Positions 7,944-18,799 of a DNA stretch of 32,000 bases are shown here, piece after piece. The notes beneath the pieces were generated by a model. It was given only the letters and a program-made list of their open reading frames with translations, had not been told where the DNA came from and did not search any database. A program made the position numbers and the translations under genes. This stretch comes from Cylindrospermopsis raciborskii Cr2010 (GTDB lineage Bacteria > Cyanobacteriota > Cyanobacteriia > Cyanobacteriales > Nostocaceae), in contig NZ_CP065936.1 of the NCBI RefSeq assembly GCF_003367075.2, positions 390,001 through 422,000 of the forward strand, read 5' to 3'. The first letter of the stretch is position 1; every line of letters starts with the position of its first letter.

Positions 7944-10919
7944 TTAATCTGCTCCTTCTATGGGAGCAAAACCCTGACGTTGAATGTTCTCAGTTATGGT
8001 TCTTGGTTCTAAAAACTGTAATAAATAATCAGGACCACCTGCTTTGGAACCCACACCAGAAAGTTTAAACCCACCAAATGGTTGACGAGCTACAATCGCA
8101 CCGGTAATATTCCTGTTAATATACAAATTTCCCACTTCCAGTTCCCTCTTTGCTTGTTCAATATGGGAAGGTGTGCGGGAATAAATACCCCCAGTTAAAG
8201 CATAGTTGGTTGAATTGGCAATTTTTACCGCTTGATCAAAATCTGGCGCAGGAATTACTGATAAAACCGGACCAAATATCTCCTGCTGGGCGATCGCTCC
8301 CTGGGGAGGAACGTCAGCAAAAATCACAGGTCCGACAAAATACCCTTGAGATGGGGACTCCAACTGCAAAACCAATTTGGCTTCTTTTTTGCCCATCTCT
8401 ATATATTCTAAAATCCGGTTTTTAGCTTGACTATCAATCACTGGACCAACCTGGGTACTAGGTAGCTCTGCTGCACCAATATTTAAGGACTTGGTTGCTT
8501 CAATTAATCTATTTAAAAACGTTTCATAGATAGGTTGTAATACAATTACCCTAGAACAGGCGGAACACTTTTGACCACTATAACCAAAAGCGGAATGAAC
8601 CACTCCTACCACTGCTTGGTCTAGATCCGCACTTTCATCTACAATAATGGCATTCTTACCTCCCATTTCGGCAATTACCTTTTTAAGATGTTTTTGTCCT
8701 GGTTTAACAATAGCAGCTTCAGCATAAATTCTACATCCCACTTCCTGAGATCCCGTAAAAGCAATTACATGGGTTTGGGGATGATTAACCAGGTAGGCGC
8801 CCACTTGAGATCCTTTTCCGGGCACATATTGAAAAACACCTTTGGGGATTCCCGCTTCTAGAAGGATTTGTGTAAACTTGGCGGTAATCACAGAAGAGGT
8901 TTCTGCTGGTTTGAGCAGAGTACAATTTCCTGCAACCAGAGCAGCAACAGTCATACCACAGGCGATCGCCAGCGGAAAGTTCCAGGGGGAGATGACCACA
9001 GCAATTCCCTTGGGTTGGTAAATATAACGGTTGGTTTCTCCAGCTACATCATATACCACTCCCCCATCCAGACGTTCCATTTCCTGAGCGTAATAACGAC
9101 AAAAATCTATAGCTTCGGAAACTTCTGCATCAGCTTCTTTAACAGGTTTGCCCACTTCTAATACAATCCAGGCTGCCAATTCAGCTCGTCTGATTTCCAT
9201 TAAGTTTGCTGCGCGACGCAAAATATCAGCTCGTTGTGGCCCAGGTGTTTTTTGCCAATGGGGAAAAGCAGCTTGAGCAGCTTGCATTGCTTCCTCAGCT
9301 TGTTCCACACTAATCAAGCCAATTTTGCCCACTACCTGACTAAAATCAGAAGGATTTAAGGAATCGATAATAGTTGATGTATTAACGTATTCTCCATTAA
9401 TTAGGGGTAAATAGGTTTTCCCCAATTGTTGATGCACCTGCTCAAAAGCCAATCGGGAATCTTCTCGTTTTTGCTCCTCAGCATAATCTATATCCGCAGC
9501 ACCTATAAAATCATCTTGTGTTGGGTTTTCTGGAATGGGAGTTTCTTCCACTATGGGAGGAGCTAACAATTCAGCAACCGGACGATTTTCCAGATTTTGC
9601 CTTAAAAAAGAACTATTAGCCGTATTCTCCAATAGTCTGCGAATTAGATAGGCCATCCCTGGTAATAAATCACCGTAGGGACAATAGACTCGCACTCGGT
9701 AACCTTTATCTACTAACGCTTTAGCAATTTTGTCCCCCATGCCATACAAAACTTGCATTTCAAAGCAGCGTCGTGGAACGTTGAGACTTTCTGCAATGGC
9801 TATGGCACGAGCTTGGGATCTAACATTGTGGCTACCCAGAGCAGAATAAACGTATTGGTGATTCTCTAAAAGAAGCTGAGTTATGGCTTCAAAGTTAGCA
9901 TCCGTAGCTACTTTATCATTGTAAACTGGTTGATCCCAATGTTTTTGGGCAGCCTTAATAGTTTCCTGATCCCAATAGGCGCCTTTTACCAATCTAATGG
10001 TTAGGGGATAACCTCGTTGTTTCAACCAGTCAATTACCCCTTGGACATCTTCCTTACTATCACGTAAATAGGCTTGAATAGTTATGCCAATATCCGTACG
10101 TTGACGAAATTCCTCTTCTAATAATAGCTTTTTCAGAATTTTCAAAGTTATATCTTTATAGCCATACTGCTCCATATCAAAATGTACTGCTGCTCCCAAT
10201 TCCCGCGATCGACGTAGCAAAGTCCGAATCCGCTCGCTTACCTTTGCTTCACTCCCTTCAGCATTTAAAGGATCAAATTGGGAATAAAAAGCAGTTAATT
10301 TCACTGAAACCTGTACTTTGGGAATTATTTCTCCATCAGCTTCGTCAATAATAGGTACATGTTGCCATTTTTTTGATGCTTCCACTAACTGCTGCATCAA
10401 TTCTAAATATTTTTCTAAATAAGACTGTGCCTCTATTTCTGTAATGACTGCTTCCCCAAGTAAATCAATAGTGAAAGCCATTTTTTCTTTTCTGAGTTTT
10501 TCCACGGTTTTAATTACCTGTTGGATATTCTCTCCAGAAATATATTTATGTGCCAGAGTTTGCACGGCTGTCTCTACGGTGGTAGCAGCTACCTGACCTG
10601 GCATAGAATCCGGATAAGCAAAATTTAACAAACTTTTCAATGCTGGTGGTAATTCCACTGAATCATCACCCAAATACTCCTGTAAATGGGAGGCAATTTC
10701 CACTTTGCTATGGAGCGCAGGTAAAGTGTCTATAAAACGAAACAATTGCACCCGCAACCCAGGATTACCCATAGTCCACCCCAACAGTTTGTCATCCCAT
10801 CGCATTTGATCCCGTAAAGCAGCAAAAAAGGAACGACCTTCCTGGGTGTTAGCGAGAATCTGCTGGGCAATTTCTTGGGTTTTAACTTCGTAATTGCTGT
10901 TTTGTGTTTTTAATGCCAT
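7944..10919 (-). CDS. putA: bifunctional proline dehydrogenase / L-glutamate gamma-semialdehyde dehydrogenase (PutA/PruA-type)
   Basis: 991 aa. PRODH half: IRLVKGAYWDQE, YGMGDKIAKALVDKGYRVRVYCPYGDLLPGMAYLIRRLLEN. ALDH half: VVISPWNFPLAIACGM, VIAEMGGKNAIIVDESAD, FGYSGQKCSACSR. Confidence 0.92.
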   Translation of the reverse strand: MALKTQNSNYEVKTQEIAQQILANTQEGRSFFAALRDQMRWDDKLLGWTMGNPGLRVQLFRFIDTLPALHSKVEIASHLQEYLGDDSVELPPALKSLLNFAYPDSMPGQVAATTVETAVQTLAHKYISGENIQQVIKTVEKLRKEKMAFTIDLLGEAVITEIEAQSYLEKYLELMQQLVEASKKWQHVPIIDEADGEIIPKVQVSVKLTAFYSQFDPLNAEGSEAKVSERIRTLLRRSRELGAAVHFDMEQYGYKDITLKILKKLLLEEEFRQRTDIGITIQAYLRDSKEDVQGVIDWLKQRGYPLTIRLVKGAYWDQETIKAAQKHWDQPVYNDKVATDANFEAITQLLLENHQYVYSALGSHNVRSQARAIAIAESLNVPRRCFEMQVLYGMGDKIAKALVDKGYRVRVYCPYGDLLPGMAYLIRRLLENTANSSFLRQNLENRPVAELLAPPIVEETPIPENPTQDDFIGAADIDYAEEQKREDSRLAFEQVHQQLGKTYLPLINGEYVNTSTIIDSLNPSDFSQVVGKIGLISVEQAEEAMQAAQAAFPHWQKTPGPQRADILRRAANLMEIRRAELAAWIVLEVGKPVKEADAEVSEAIDFCRYYAQEMERLDGGVVYDVAGETNRYIYQPKGIAVVISPWNFPLAIACGMTVAALVAGNCTLLKPAETSSVITAKFTQILLEAGIPKGVFQYVPGKGSQVGAYLVNHPQTHVIAFTGSQEVGCRIYAEAAIVKPGQKHLKKVIAEMGGKNAIIVDESADLDQAVVGVVHSAFGYSGQKCSACSRVIVLQPIYETFLNRLIEATKSLNIGAAELPSTQVGPVIDSQAKNRILEYIEMGKKEAKLVLQLESPSQGYFVGPVIFADVPPQGAIAQQEIFGPVLSVIPAPDFDQAVKIANSTNYALTGGIYSRTPSHIEQAKRELEVGNLYINRNITGAIVARQPFGGFKLSGVGSKAGGPDYLLQFLEPRTITENIQRQGFAPIEGAD

Positions 10920-11019
10920 AAAATAAAATACTACTGGAATTACTACCTATAATTTAAAAGACGCGATCGCCAATTATTCTAATATTCTAAATATAATACT
11001 GTAATCTAAAAATCCGCCA

Positions 11020-11226
11020 ATGAACAGTCAACAACTAGCTACATATTTAGAACTAACCGATAGTATTGCCAAACCGTGGTTATTAGTGCAACTCAGGTTA
11101 AAAAAATTACAGGAGCGACGGCATGACATATCTACGGAAGTTTATATAGAAGAACTAGCAGACATTCACCAAGACATGATGAATTTAGGAGAATGGTGGA
11201 AAGGAATGGAGGATGAGGTTTTCTAG
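11020..11226 (+). CDS. small conserved hypothetical protein
   Basis: 68-aa ORF in a gap between genes; composition looks protein-like, no recognised domain. Confidence 0.55.
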   Translation: MNSQQLATYLELTDSIAKPWLLVQLRLKKLQERRHDISTEVYIEELADIHQDMMNLGEWWKGMEDEVF

Positions 11227-11288
11227 AGATTTTAGTGATTTTGTGGTAATGATGGATAGAAAAAAAACGGAAGGTTAACATTACAGTC

Positions 11289-12320
11289 ATGGATTATCGG
11301 GATGCAGGTGTGGATGTAGAAGCGGGTAGAGCTTTTGTAGGACAAATTCGCAATTTAGTTCACAGTACCTTTAGACCAGAAGTTTTGGGTGGTTTGGGCG
11401 GTTTTAGTGGATGTTTCCAACTACCCACAGGTTATCACGAACCTGTATTGGTGTCTGGTACGGATGGTGTGGGCACAAAGCTAAAAATTGCCCAAATCCT
11501 CAATTGTCACCACACTGTGGGTATTGATTTGGTGGCTATGTGTGTTAATGATGTACTCACCTCGGGAGCAGAACCACTATTTTTTCTAGATTATGTCGCT
11601 ACTGGTAAACTAGAAGGAGAGCAGTTAACTCAGGTGGTGTCAGGAATAGCTGAAGGTTGTAAATTAGCTGGTGCTGCTCTATTGGGGGGAGAAACAGCTG
11701 AAATGCCAGGTTTCTACCAGGTGGGTGAATATGACCTAGCTGGTTTCTGTGTGGGAATTGTGGAAAAAAGCAAAATGTTAGATGGTTCCCAGGTGCAAGT
11801 TGGCGATCTGGCCATAGGTCTAGCTAGTTCTGGTATTCATAGTAATGGTGTGAGTTTAATCCGAAAGATTGTTAGTGATGGTGGTTTTACTTGGAACCAC
11901 ACTCCAGATTTTTTCCATGGAAAAACTTTAGGTTCTACTTTTCTCACCCCTACTCGCATTTATGTTAAGTCTGTTTTATCAGCTCTGCACCAAGGTCTGG
12001 AAATTCACGGTATGGCCCACATTACCGGTGGGGGTTTACCAGAAAATTTGCCCAGGTGCTTAGGAGCTAATCAATCTGTGAAAATTCATCCAGGTAGTTG
12101 GCCAATCCCCCCCGTATTTAAATGGTTGGCTGATTTTGGATCTGTGGGTGCACAAGCTATGTACAATACTTTTAACATGGGTTTGGGTTTTGTGTTGATT
12201 TTACCTCCCACACAAGCACAACAAGCAATTACTCATTTCCAATCTCAGCATATTCCCGCTTTTACTATTGGTGAGGTTGTGGGGGGATCCGGTGAATTAA
12301 TTGCTCTTTTTGATTCTTAG
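11289..12320 (+). CDS. purM: phosphoribosylformylglycinamidine cyclo-ligase
   Basis: [76 protein letters not shown]. Confidence 0.97.
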   Translation: MDYRDAGVDVEAGRAFVGQIRNLVHSTFRPEVLGGLGGFSGCFQLPTGYHEPVLVSGTDGVGTKLKIAQILNCHHTVGIDLVAMCVNDVLTSGAEPLFFLDYVATGKLEGEQLTQVVSGIAEGCKLAGAALLGGETAEMPGFYQVGEYDLAGFCVGIVEKSKMLDGSQVQVGDLAIGLASSGIHSNGVSLIRKIVSDGGFTWNHTPDFFHGKTLGSTFLTPTRIYVKSVLSALHQGLEIHGMAHITGGGLPENLPRCLGANQSVKIHPGSWPIPPVFKWLADFGSVGAQAMYNTFNMGLGFVLILPPTQAQQAITHFQSQHIPAFTIGEVVGGSGELIALFDS

Positions 12321-12970
12321 CTATCCACAGGATGTTGACCGTAGTAGGGTAGGGAATCAGACCAATGACCATTCTTACCTTGTTGCCAATCTAAATAAGC
12401 CAGGTGTAATATACTGGTTACTGTCACTGCTAAATTTGATGTGGCTCTAATTAGTTCATGTTCAATTGGATAATTATTGGGATAATCATTTAAGGTTTCT
12501 TTCCATGCTTCTAGAGTAAACACCTGGTCTGCTAATAGAGCTTTTATCTCGGATTTTTCAACATCAATCTGATAAATCGCTCCAAATACTTTCCCCTGCT
12601 GTGCTGGCATTTCTACAGCTATAGTGGCTGGTAAATGAGGATTTTGATTCTTTTCGTGCCATGCCACCGCTGCTAAGGTGGATATAGCTAAAACCGGAAT
12701 GTTCAATTGCTGACCTAGGGTACGTGCTAAAACCATACCAATGCGAGTACCGGTAAACCCTCCAGGTCCTTTAGCTACTGCAATTAACCGTAGATCTGGC
12801 CAGCTTTGGGGTAGGATAAAATCCACTAGACATTGGTGAATATGACTGGATACATCACGTCCCAAATTCCATACCTGAGAGCGCGTGTCATCCACAAAGT
12901 TACTCATTACTAAACCTAATTCCGGTGTAGTAGTGTGTATTCCTAAAGCGTATTTTTGGTGATTGTTCAA
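12317..12970 (-). CDS. tsaB: tRNA threonylcarbamoyladenosine biosynthesis protein TsaB
   Basis: [14 protein letters not shown]..., [40 protein letters not shown]. Confidence 0.92.
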   Translation of the reverse strand: MNNHQKYALGIHTTTPELGLVMSNFVDDTRSQVWNLGRDVSSHIHQCLVDFILPQSWPDLRLIAVAKGPGGFTGTRIGMVLARTLGQQLNIPVLAISTLAAVAWHEKNQNPHLPATIAVEMPAQQGKVFGAIYQIDVEKSEIKALLADQVFTLEAWKETLNDYPNNYPIEHELIRATSNLAVTVTSILHLAYLDWQQGKNGHWSDSLPYYGQHPVDS

Positions 12971-13019
12971 GAGCTTCTATTAGCAGTAAAGTGGAAAATT
13001 AGAATAACATGCACCAACA

Positions 13020-13274
13020 TTAAGTGGGTACTAATTCACCCGGACGTAATGATGCCCATTTACCCATTTCTGGTTTAAAACTTAGACAACCTACCACATC
13101 CCATTCCATTTCAATAATTTCTCCTTTAGTACGAATGTTAACATTTATGGCAGGTTCCTGGGCATTAAAATCGGGATTTTCATTTAAGTGTGGTTGTTGG
13201 TGTTGAGTTTCTACCGCATTGTAGGTAACACAACGGTCTACGTAGTGACAGTTAACGCAAATACACATGACCAA
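13020..13274 (-). CDS. Ycf34 family protein
   Basis: MCICVNCHYVDRCVTYNAVETQHQQPHLNENPDF...EMEWDVVGCLSFKPEMGKWASLRPGE; four conserved cysteines. Confidence 0.85.
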   Translation of the reverse strand: MVMCICVNCHYVDRCVTYNAVETQHQQPHLNENPDFNAQEPAINVNIRTKGEIIEMEWDVVGCLSFKPEMGKWASLRPGELVPT

Positions 13275-13373
13275 CTCCTACCCTAAGGTTAGATATGTAG
13301 CTATATCATATAGTTTTAGCAGGTGGAATGGCAATATAGACTAATTTGCCGCTCATACTTTTTTGGATAAATA

Positions 13374-14645
13374 ATGAATGATTCAATTACTGCTCGCTTA
13401 GATCCCAAAAATTGGCCGTTTAGCTTGGGGATGCTACCTCAACCAGCTTATATGGTAGGTGGTGCAGTGCGGGATGGCATTTTGGGTAGAAGTCAAGACT
13501 ACTTGGATTTAGACTTTATCATACCAGACAATGCGGTAAAAGTTGCTCGGGCGATCGCCCAACATTATGGAGCTGGTTTTGTGTTGTTGGATGGGAAGAG
13601 AAATATAGCCCGGGTGGTGTTTCCCCAGGGGACAGTAGATTTTGCCCAACAGGATGGAGACAGTTTACTGACTGATTTACATCGGAGAGACTTTACCATT
13701 AATGCGATCGCCTATAATCCCTATACTCAAGAACTGATGGATCCTCTAGGTGGTTGTAAAGACATAGAAAGTGGTTTATTGCGGATGATATCTCCCCAAA
13801 ATCTCCAAGATGACCCTTTGCGTTTAATGCGTGCTTATCGTCAAGCTGCCCAATTAAATTTTGTTATTGAACCTCATACCCAACTAACTATTCGTAAATT
13901 GTCTGCAAATCTTTGTCAAGTCGCTTCCGAAAGGATTAGAACAGAAATTGGTTATCTTTTGCAAAGTGCTGTAGGTACATTTTGGTTAAAAACCGCTTGG
14001 GAGGATGGGTTATTAGGTCAATTTTTTATTTATGCAACGCCAGAAAGTGTAGATAAACTAATTGCAGTAGATCCAGCGGTTCAAGCAATAGGGGAAAATT
14101 GGTCAGAACTGGGGGAACAGCTAGAAAAACCCATTCGGGATTCTATGAAAACCAGATGGTTGGATATTGCTAAACTAGGGTGTTTAGTGAATCCTGCTCC
14201 TGAGATAGCAGAACGGGAGCTGGGGGAAATGACATACAGTCGAGTGGAGATTCGTAGTATTATTACCGCCCTACGACTATTCCCGCAGATGAAACAAGCA
14301 AATAGCATGTCCTTGCGAGAACAGTACTGTTGGTTTAGGGAGGTAGGGGTTGTTTTTAGCTCTACAATCGTTCTAGCTTTAGCACAGGATATGTTAAACA
14401 CCAAGTCCCACAAGCATAGTTTAGAATTGTATAGACCCCTGGTTAAACGTTATTTGAACCCTGATGATTTGGTGGCCCACCCATCACCGTTGGTGACTGG
14501 TAAGGAGGTGATTATAGCACTAAATATCCCACCCTCACCACTGGTGGGAGAAATTTTGCAGGAAATTGCCATTGCTCAAGCTGAGGGTAAGGTAAATAAT
14601 TCCCAGGGGGCACTAGCACTAGCTAGAAAATTAATAGATAAGTAA
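13374..14645 (+). CDS. CCA tRNA nucleotidyltransferase / poly(A) polymerase family protein
   Basis: YMVGGAVRDGILGRSQDYLDLDFI, RRDFTINAIAYNPYTQELMDPLGGCKDIESGLLRMISPQNLQDDPLRLMRAYRQAAQL. Confidence 0.92.
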   Translation: MNDSITARLDPKNWPFSLGMLPQPAYMVGGAVRDGILGRSQDYLDLDFIIPDNAVKVARAIAQHYGAGFVLLDGKRNIARVVFPQGTVDFAQQDGDSLLTDLHRRDFTINAIAYNPYTQELMDPLGGCKDIESGLLRMISPQNLQDDPLRLMRAYRQAAQLNFVIEPHTQLTIRKLSANLCQVASERIRTEIGYLLQSAVGTFWLKTAWEDGLLGQFFIYATPESVDKLIAVDPAVQAIGENWSELGEQLEKPIRDSMKTRWLDIAKLGCLVNPAPEIAERELGEMTYSRVEIRSIITALRLFPQMKQANSMSLREQYCWFREVGVVFSSTIVLALAQDMLNTKSHKHSLELYRPLVKRYLNPDDLVAHPSPLVTGKEVIIALNIPPSPLVGEILQEIAIAQAEGKVNNSQGALALARKLIDK

Positions 14646-14651
14646 TAGGCA

Positions 14652-15116
14652 CTACAAAGCATATTTGGGAGACTTGGCTAATCCTTCGGCAACATTTTTA
14701 AACCGGACTAACTGTGACCGCATATCCGATTTGGTCCAGGATGCAGCAAAAGTGTTAAATCCCCAACTGATAATGGGATTGGGTATTTTAAATTCAAAGG
14801 AATTAATCAATAATGTGCCTTGACTTAGAGGTTGACATTCCCAGCGATCGCTCCCTTGAAAGAACCCCTTAAAACCCCAGACAATAAGTCCTGGTTGTCT
14901 TTCAATGACCACCACATTGAGAGTGGGTTTAATTCCTGGGATTTGAATCATAAAACGACTGCGACTGCCAATTTCTGTGGTCCAAACCTCCCCTAGGGGT
15001 TCACAGCGAAGGAGGGGATTTAACCATTGGTGCATTAAATGCAAGTCGGTTAAACATTGTTCTACTAATGTAGCAGGAGCATTAATTTGAATTGACTGTT
15101 GTAAAAGTTGGGTCAT
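14652..15116 (-). CDS. SRPBCC (START-like) family protein
   Basis: SIQINAPATLVEQCLTDLHLMHQWLNPLLRCEPLG...GSRSRFMIQIPG, polyketide-cyclase-like fold pattern. Confidence 0.7.
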   Translation of the reverse strand: MTQLLQQSIQINAPATLVEQCLTDLHLMHQWLNPLLRCEPLGEVWTTEIGSRSRFMIQIPGIKPTLNVVVIERQPGLIVWGFKGFFQGSDRWECQPLSQGTLLINSFEFKIPNPIISWGFNTFAASWTKSDMRSQLVRFKNVAEGLAKSPKYAL

Positions 15117-15143
15117 TTTTAAAAATATAGCTTGTGCCAGAAT

Positions 15144-16436
15144 TTAGGGTTGGCTCGCATACCAATGGTGTAAGGCCAAGCGTTGGATTTCACGCCAAGG
15201 GAGATGATGCTGTCTAGCTAGATTGGCACAGTCTTCATATTCAGGTTGTACATTAGTAATGACCTTTTGTGACGTTTTACCTTGCCAAGCCACCTTTACA
15301 GCAACTTGACCATAGGGAGTTTGCACCGTTTGCATATCTCTTTGTAAAATACGGCGTTGTTGAGTAGTATAACGAATACCCAAGGTGGTAGTTTCCCTAA
15401 ATATCACCTCCTGACAACCAGTCAGATTTTCCGGATGACAAATTGCACTTAGTAAAATTCCCGGACGTGATTTTTTCATACCTATAGATTGGGTAAACAC
15501 ATCTACCGCACCAGCAGCAAACAAAGCTTCAAAAACATAACCTATAGCTTGGGGACTCAAATCATCTATTTGGGTCTCTAAAACACAAATTGTCTCTTCC
15601 CCTTGTCCATGAGGATCCCCATCATTCACCTGTAACTTGTGAATATGTAAAGGATCTGGGGAAGTTTCACCTAGCCAAATGCGTAGTATATTAGGAATGG
15701 GTAAATCCAGAGAACCAGCACCCAATCCCACCTGCTTCAACACCATCGGTGGAGGTGAACCAAAACTCCTCGCCAAAGTAGTGGCGATCGCTGCTCCTGT
15801 TGGTGTAACTAGTTCTCTGTCAATACCATTACTATAGACGGGAGAATTGGTCATTTCCCATAACTTTAACACTGCGGGTACGGGAACTGGCATTCTACCA
15901 TGAGCAGCTCTAACCGTTCCCCCCCCCGTAGGAAAGGCTGAACAATAGACTAAGGGTAGCCCAGTTTCATCACTGTCTATTCCTAACCAGTCTAAACTCA
16001 AACAGGTTCCCACAATATCCACAATTGCATCAACAGCACCAACTTCATGAAAGTGAACTTTTTCAGGTGCAATGCCATGTACTGCGCCTTCTGCTACTGC
16101 TAATTGGCGGAATACAGCTAAACTCCAGTCAGCTGCTCTTGTGGGTAGATTAGCTGCGAGGATCATCTTTTCTATTTCTGGTAGATGACGACCATGGTGA
16201 TGATGGTGATTATGATCGTGATCATGATGGTAACTGGTTAGGTTGACATGGATTTTAGTAGCTTGTTGAGTTTGACGATGAACTAACTCGCTTTCCAATT
16301 CATATTCCTGGTCAATCCCCAAACCCCCAAGTTTTTCCAGTAAGTAGTTGACAGGAACACCCAAACTTACGAAAGCGCCCAAACACATATCACCAGATAT
16401 TCCCGTAGGACATTGAAAATAGGCAATTTTACTCAT
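15144..16436 (-). CDS. larC: nickel pincer cofactor biosynthesis protein LarC
   Basis: PTGISGDMCLGAFVSLGVP, EKVHFHEVGAVDAIVDIVG, LPVPVPAVLKL, ELVTPTGAAIA, ETQIDDLSPQAIGYVFEALFAAGAVDVF...GIMKKSRPG-like; His-rich insert DHDHNHHHHHGRH. Confidence 0.9.
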   Translation of the reverse strand: MSKIAYFQCPTGISGDMCLGAFVSLGVPVNYLLEKLGGLGIDQEYELESELVHRQTQQATKIHVNLTSYHHDHDHNHHHHHGRHLPEIEKMILAANLPTRAADWSLAVFRQLAVAEGAVHGIAPEKVHFHEVGAVDAIVDIVGTCLSLDWLGIDSDETGLPLVYCSAFPTGGGTVRAAHGRMPVPVPAVLKLWEMTNSPVYSNGIDRELVTPTGAAIATTLARSFGSPPPMVLKQVGLGAGSLDLPIPNILRIWLGETSPDPLHIHKLQVNDGDPHGQGEETICVLETQIDDLSPQAIGYVFEALFAAGAVDVFTQSIGMKKSRPGILLSAICHPENLTGCQEVIFRETTTLGIRYTTQQRRILQRDMQTVQTPYGQVAVKVAWQGKTSQKVITNVQPEYEDCANLARQHHLPWREIQRLALHHWYASQP

Positions 16437-16578
16437 AAAATGCTAATAATGATTAATCGTTTTTTTGTGTTTCTGTTTAAACTGTAAGTTAAATTCTACT
16501 GATCTTATGGTCATGGAGGGGTCATAGGTAGCAATGACGTTTAAGTTGGAAATTAATCTTTCACCCATTTATTAGCTT

Positions 16579-17232
16579 ATGGCTAGAATTTTGGAAATTC
16601 ATCCTGATAACCCACAAAATCGTCGGATAGAGGATATAAGGTTGGCACTTTCTGGTGGTGCTGTTATGCTTTATCCCACTGATACGGTTTATGCCATCGG
16701 TTGCGATTTAAATGCCAAGTCAGCTGTAGAAAGAGTTAAGAAAATTAAGCGGTTGGCCAATGATAAACCATTAACCTTCCTATGTCCTTCTCTTTCTCGC
16801 GTAGCTACTTATGCCTTTGTCAGTGATATAGCTTATCGGATTATGAAATCCTTGATACCAGGTCCCTACACTTTTTTGTTGCCTGCTACCAAGTTAGTAC
16901 CGCGATTGGTACAAAATCCTAAGCGTAAAACCACGGGGATTCGAGTGCCAAATCACCACCTGTGTTTGGCCTTACTAGAATCTTTGGGGAATCCCATTAT
17001 CTCTACTTCGGCGCATTTACCCCTTTATGATATGGATGACCTAAATGTAGATATTGACATACACCCATCTAAGATGGACCTGTTTGACCGTTTAGATAGC
17101 TTGGTAGATATTATTATAGACACGGGTGAGGAACCCAAGAATCAGGTATCTACTATTTTAGACTTGACGGATAATCAACCTATTATAACAAGAAAAGGAA
17201 TGGGTTGGGAAGCAGTAGCAGCTTGGATATAA
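16579..17232 (+). CDS. L-threonylcarbamoyladenylate synthase family protein (Sua5/YciO/YrdC)
   Basis: GGAVMLYPTDTVYAIGCDLNAKSAVERVKKIKR, GPYTFLLPAT, TTGIRVPNHHLCLALLESLGNPIISTSA. Confidence 0.9.
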   Translation: MARILEIHPDNPQNRRIEDIRLALSGGAVMLYPTDTVYAIGCDLNAKSAVERVKKIKRLANDKPLTFLCPSLSRVATYAFVSDIAYRIMKSLIPGPYTFLLPATKLVPRLVQNPKRKTTGIRVPNHHLCLALLESLGNPIISTSAHLPLYDMDDLNVDIDIHPSKMDLFDRLDSLVDIIIDTGEEPKNQVSTILDLTDNQPIITRKGMGWEAVAAWI

Positions 17233-17464
17233 TCACCTTGCCAATTTTAATAGATGATCCCCATTTTGACTATTACTTTGATACTATTGCACCAAAAAAT
17301 GCTCAATTCAGAAAATACAGCTTTAACACTTCACGGTAACATACACCAAGACTATCCGCAAAAAATCTTCAAGGGAAGAGGTGGTTTCATACCGGATAAT
17401 GCCATGGAAAGACATCAATCGGTTGCGTTTAATTGTAGTTAAGGTGCAATACTCAGGAAAAGTC

Positions 17465-18679
17465 ATGAAAGCTAACCCCGTTAATCTGCCAAATTTTAGA
17501 CCCGCTCTTGATGGTGACTCTCAAGACTCACCACTTGCTAGTTCCAAAACCTTAGTACAGCTCCTATCTGAGGAAATCGAGTCTCAAGTTAAGGCTTCCT
17601 CTGGATGTATACAAGCTGTTGTAAATCGCATAACTAAGGAAGTAGAAAGAATTTGTGATAAAAGTTCCCGTATTCAAACTTCTGGACAAGTTAAGTCTTG
17701 GCAGGCTACTTTAGCTAAACATCGCTTACAAAAATGCCTACGTTATTATCAATTGGGTTCAAGACAAGGAAGAGTAGAGTTACATAGTAGTTTAGGTGCA
17801 ATTGTATATCGTCACGTCACTACAGCTGGATCTGAACTAGGTTTTGAAGCCCGTTATAATCTAATTGAAGATTTTTTACAAGCATTTTATATTGAGGCCA
17901 TTAAAGCCTTTCGTCGGGAAAACGAATTAGCAGAAGATTATACACCACGCACTCAACTGGAATTAGCTGAGTATATGGCATTTACAGAGCAGTATGCTAA
18001 ACGTCGAATTAATTTGCCCGGTGGAGCTAATCAACAGTTAATTGTGCTGCGAGCCCAGGGTTTTGCTCGTCGTCAACCCCAGGAAACAACGGTTGATATT
18101 GAAATGGCTGTGGATTCAGCTAAAACAGAAGAAGCGGAATCTTATCAGCGTAATTTGGCAGTTCAGCAAATTCGCTCCCAAATGGTTGCTAAGCCCACCT
18201 TTGACCCCTCTGAAGAGTCAGAACGAGACCGGGTAATTACTGAGTTGATGAAGTATCTTCAATCTCAGGGTCAAGCGGACTGTATGAATTATTTGTCTTT
18301 GAAACTTCAGGATCTATCCGCACCAGAAATCGATCAAATTTTGGGACTAACCAGTCGTCAGCGCGATTATTTACAACAAAGATTTAAATACCACGTTGAA
18401 AAGTTCGCTAAACAACATCATTGGCAATTGGTACATCAATGGTTGGGAGCTGGACTAGAACATAAGCTGGGTTTATCCTCTCAACAATGGGATCTTTTCT
18501 GGAATCAATTGACTGAACAACAACAACAAATCTTTCAACTTAAAACCACTATGGAAAATGATCAGGCGATCGCCAAGGCTGTGCAATGTACTCCTAAGCA
18601 GTTACAAAAGCGATGGACTCAAATGTTGGAATTGGCCTGGGCTATACGTAATGGAAATATGGAAGTTAAGACTTGTTGA
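17465..18679 (+). CDS. HetZ-related protein
   Basis: ORF track begins at 17381; internal ATG 17465 (MKANPVNLPNFRPALDG) is a likelier start. Overall sequence resembles the HetZ-related family (e.g. RRENELAEDYTPRTQLELAEYMAFTEQYAKRRINLPGGANQQL); assignment by recall, no search done. Confidence 0.65.
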   Translation: MKANPVNLPNFRPALDGDSQDSPLASSKTLVQLLSEEIESQVKASSGCIQAVVNRITKEVERICDKSSRIQTSGQVKSWQATLAKHRLQKCLRYYQLGSRQGRVELHSSLGAIVYRHVTTAGSELGFEARYNLIEDFLQAFYIEAIKAFRRENELAEDYTPRTQLELAEYMAFTEQYAKRRINLPGGANQQLIVLRAQGFARRQPQETTVDIEMAVDSAKTEEAESYQRNLAVQQIRSQMVAKPTFDPSEESERDRVITELMKYLQSQGQADCMNYLSLKLQDLSAPEIDQILGLTSRQRDYLQQRFKYHVEKFAKQHHWQLVHQWLGAGLEHKLGLSSQQWDLFWNQLTEQQQQIFQLKTTMENDQAIAKAVQCTPKQLQKRWTQMLELAWAIRNGNMEVKTC

Positions 18680-18799
18680 ACCGTTGAAACCCCTAAACCG
18701 AGATTGACCATGGGCAAAATTTGAAAGTGTATTAGTTTCCCTATTGCCCATTTTCTGCTAAACTACTTAATAATAAAAAAGTGTATATTCAAAACTCAA

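Noticed and set aside
8150-9161. Plus-strand ORFs 8150..8425 and 8868..9161
   Set aside because: Antisense within the strongly supported putA/pruA coding region; no protein-family signal.
17254-17442. 62-aa ORF upstream of the HetZ-related gene
   Set aside because: Overlaps the 5' extension of the next ORF, no motif, probably non-coding leader.
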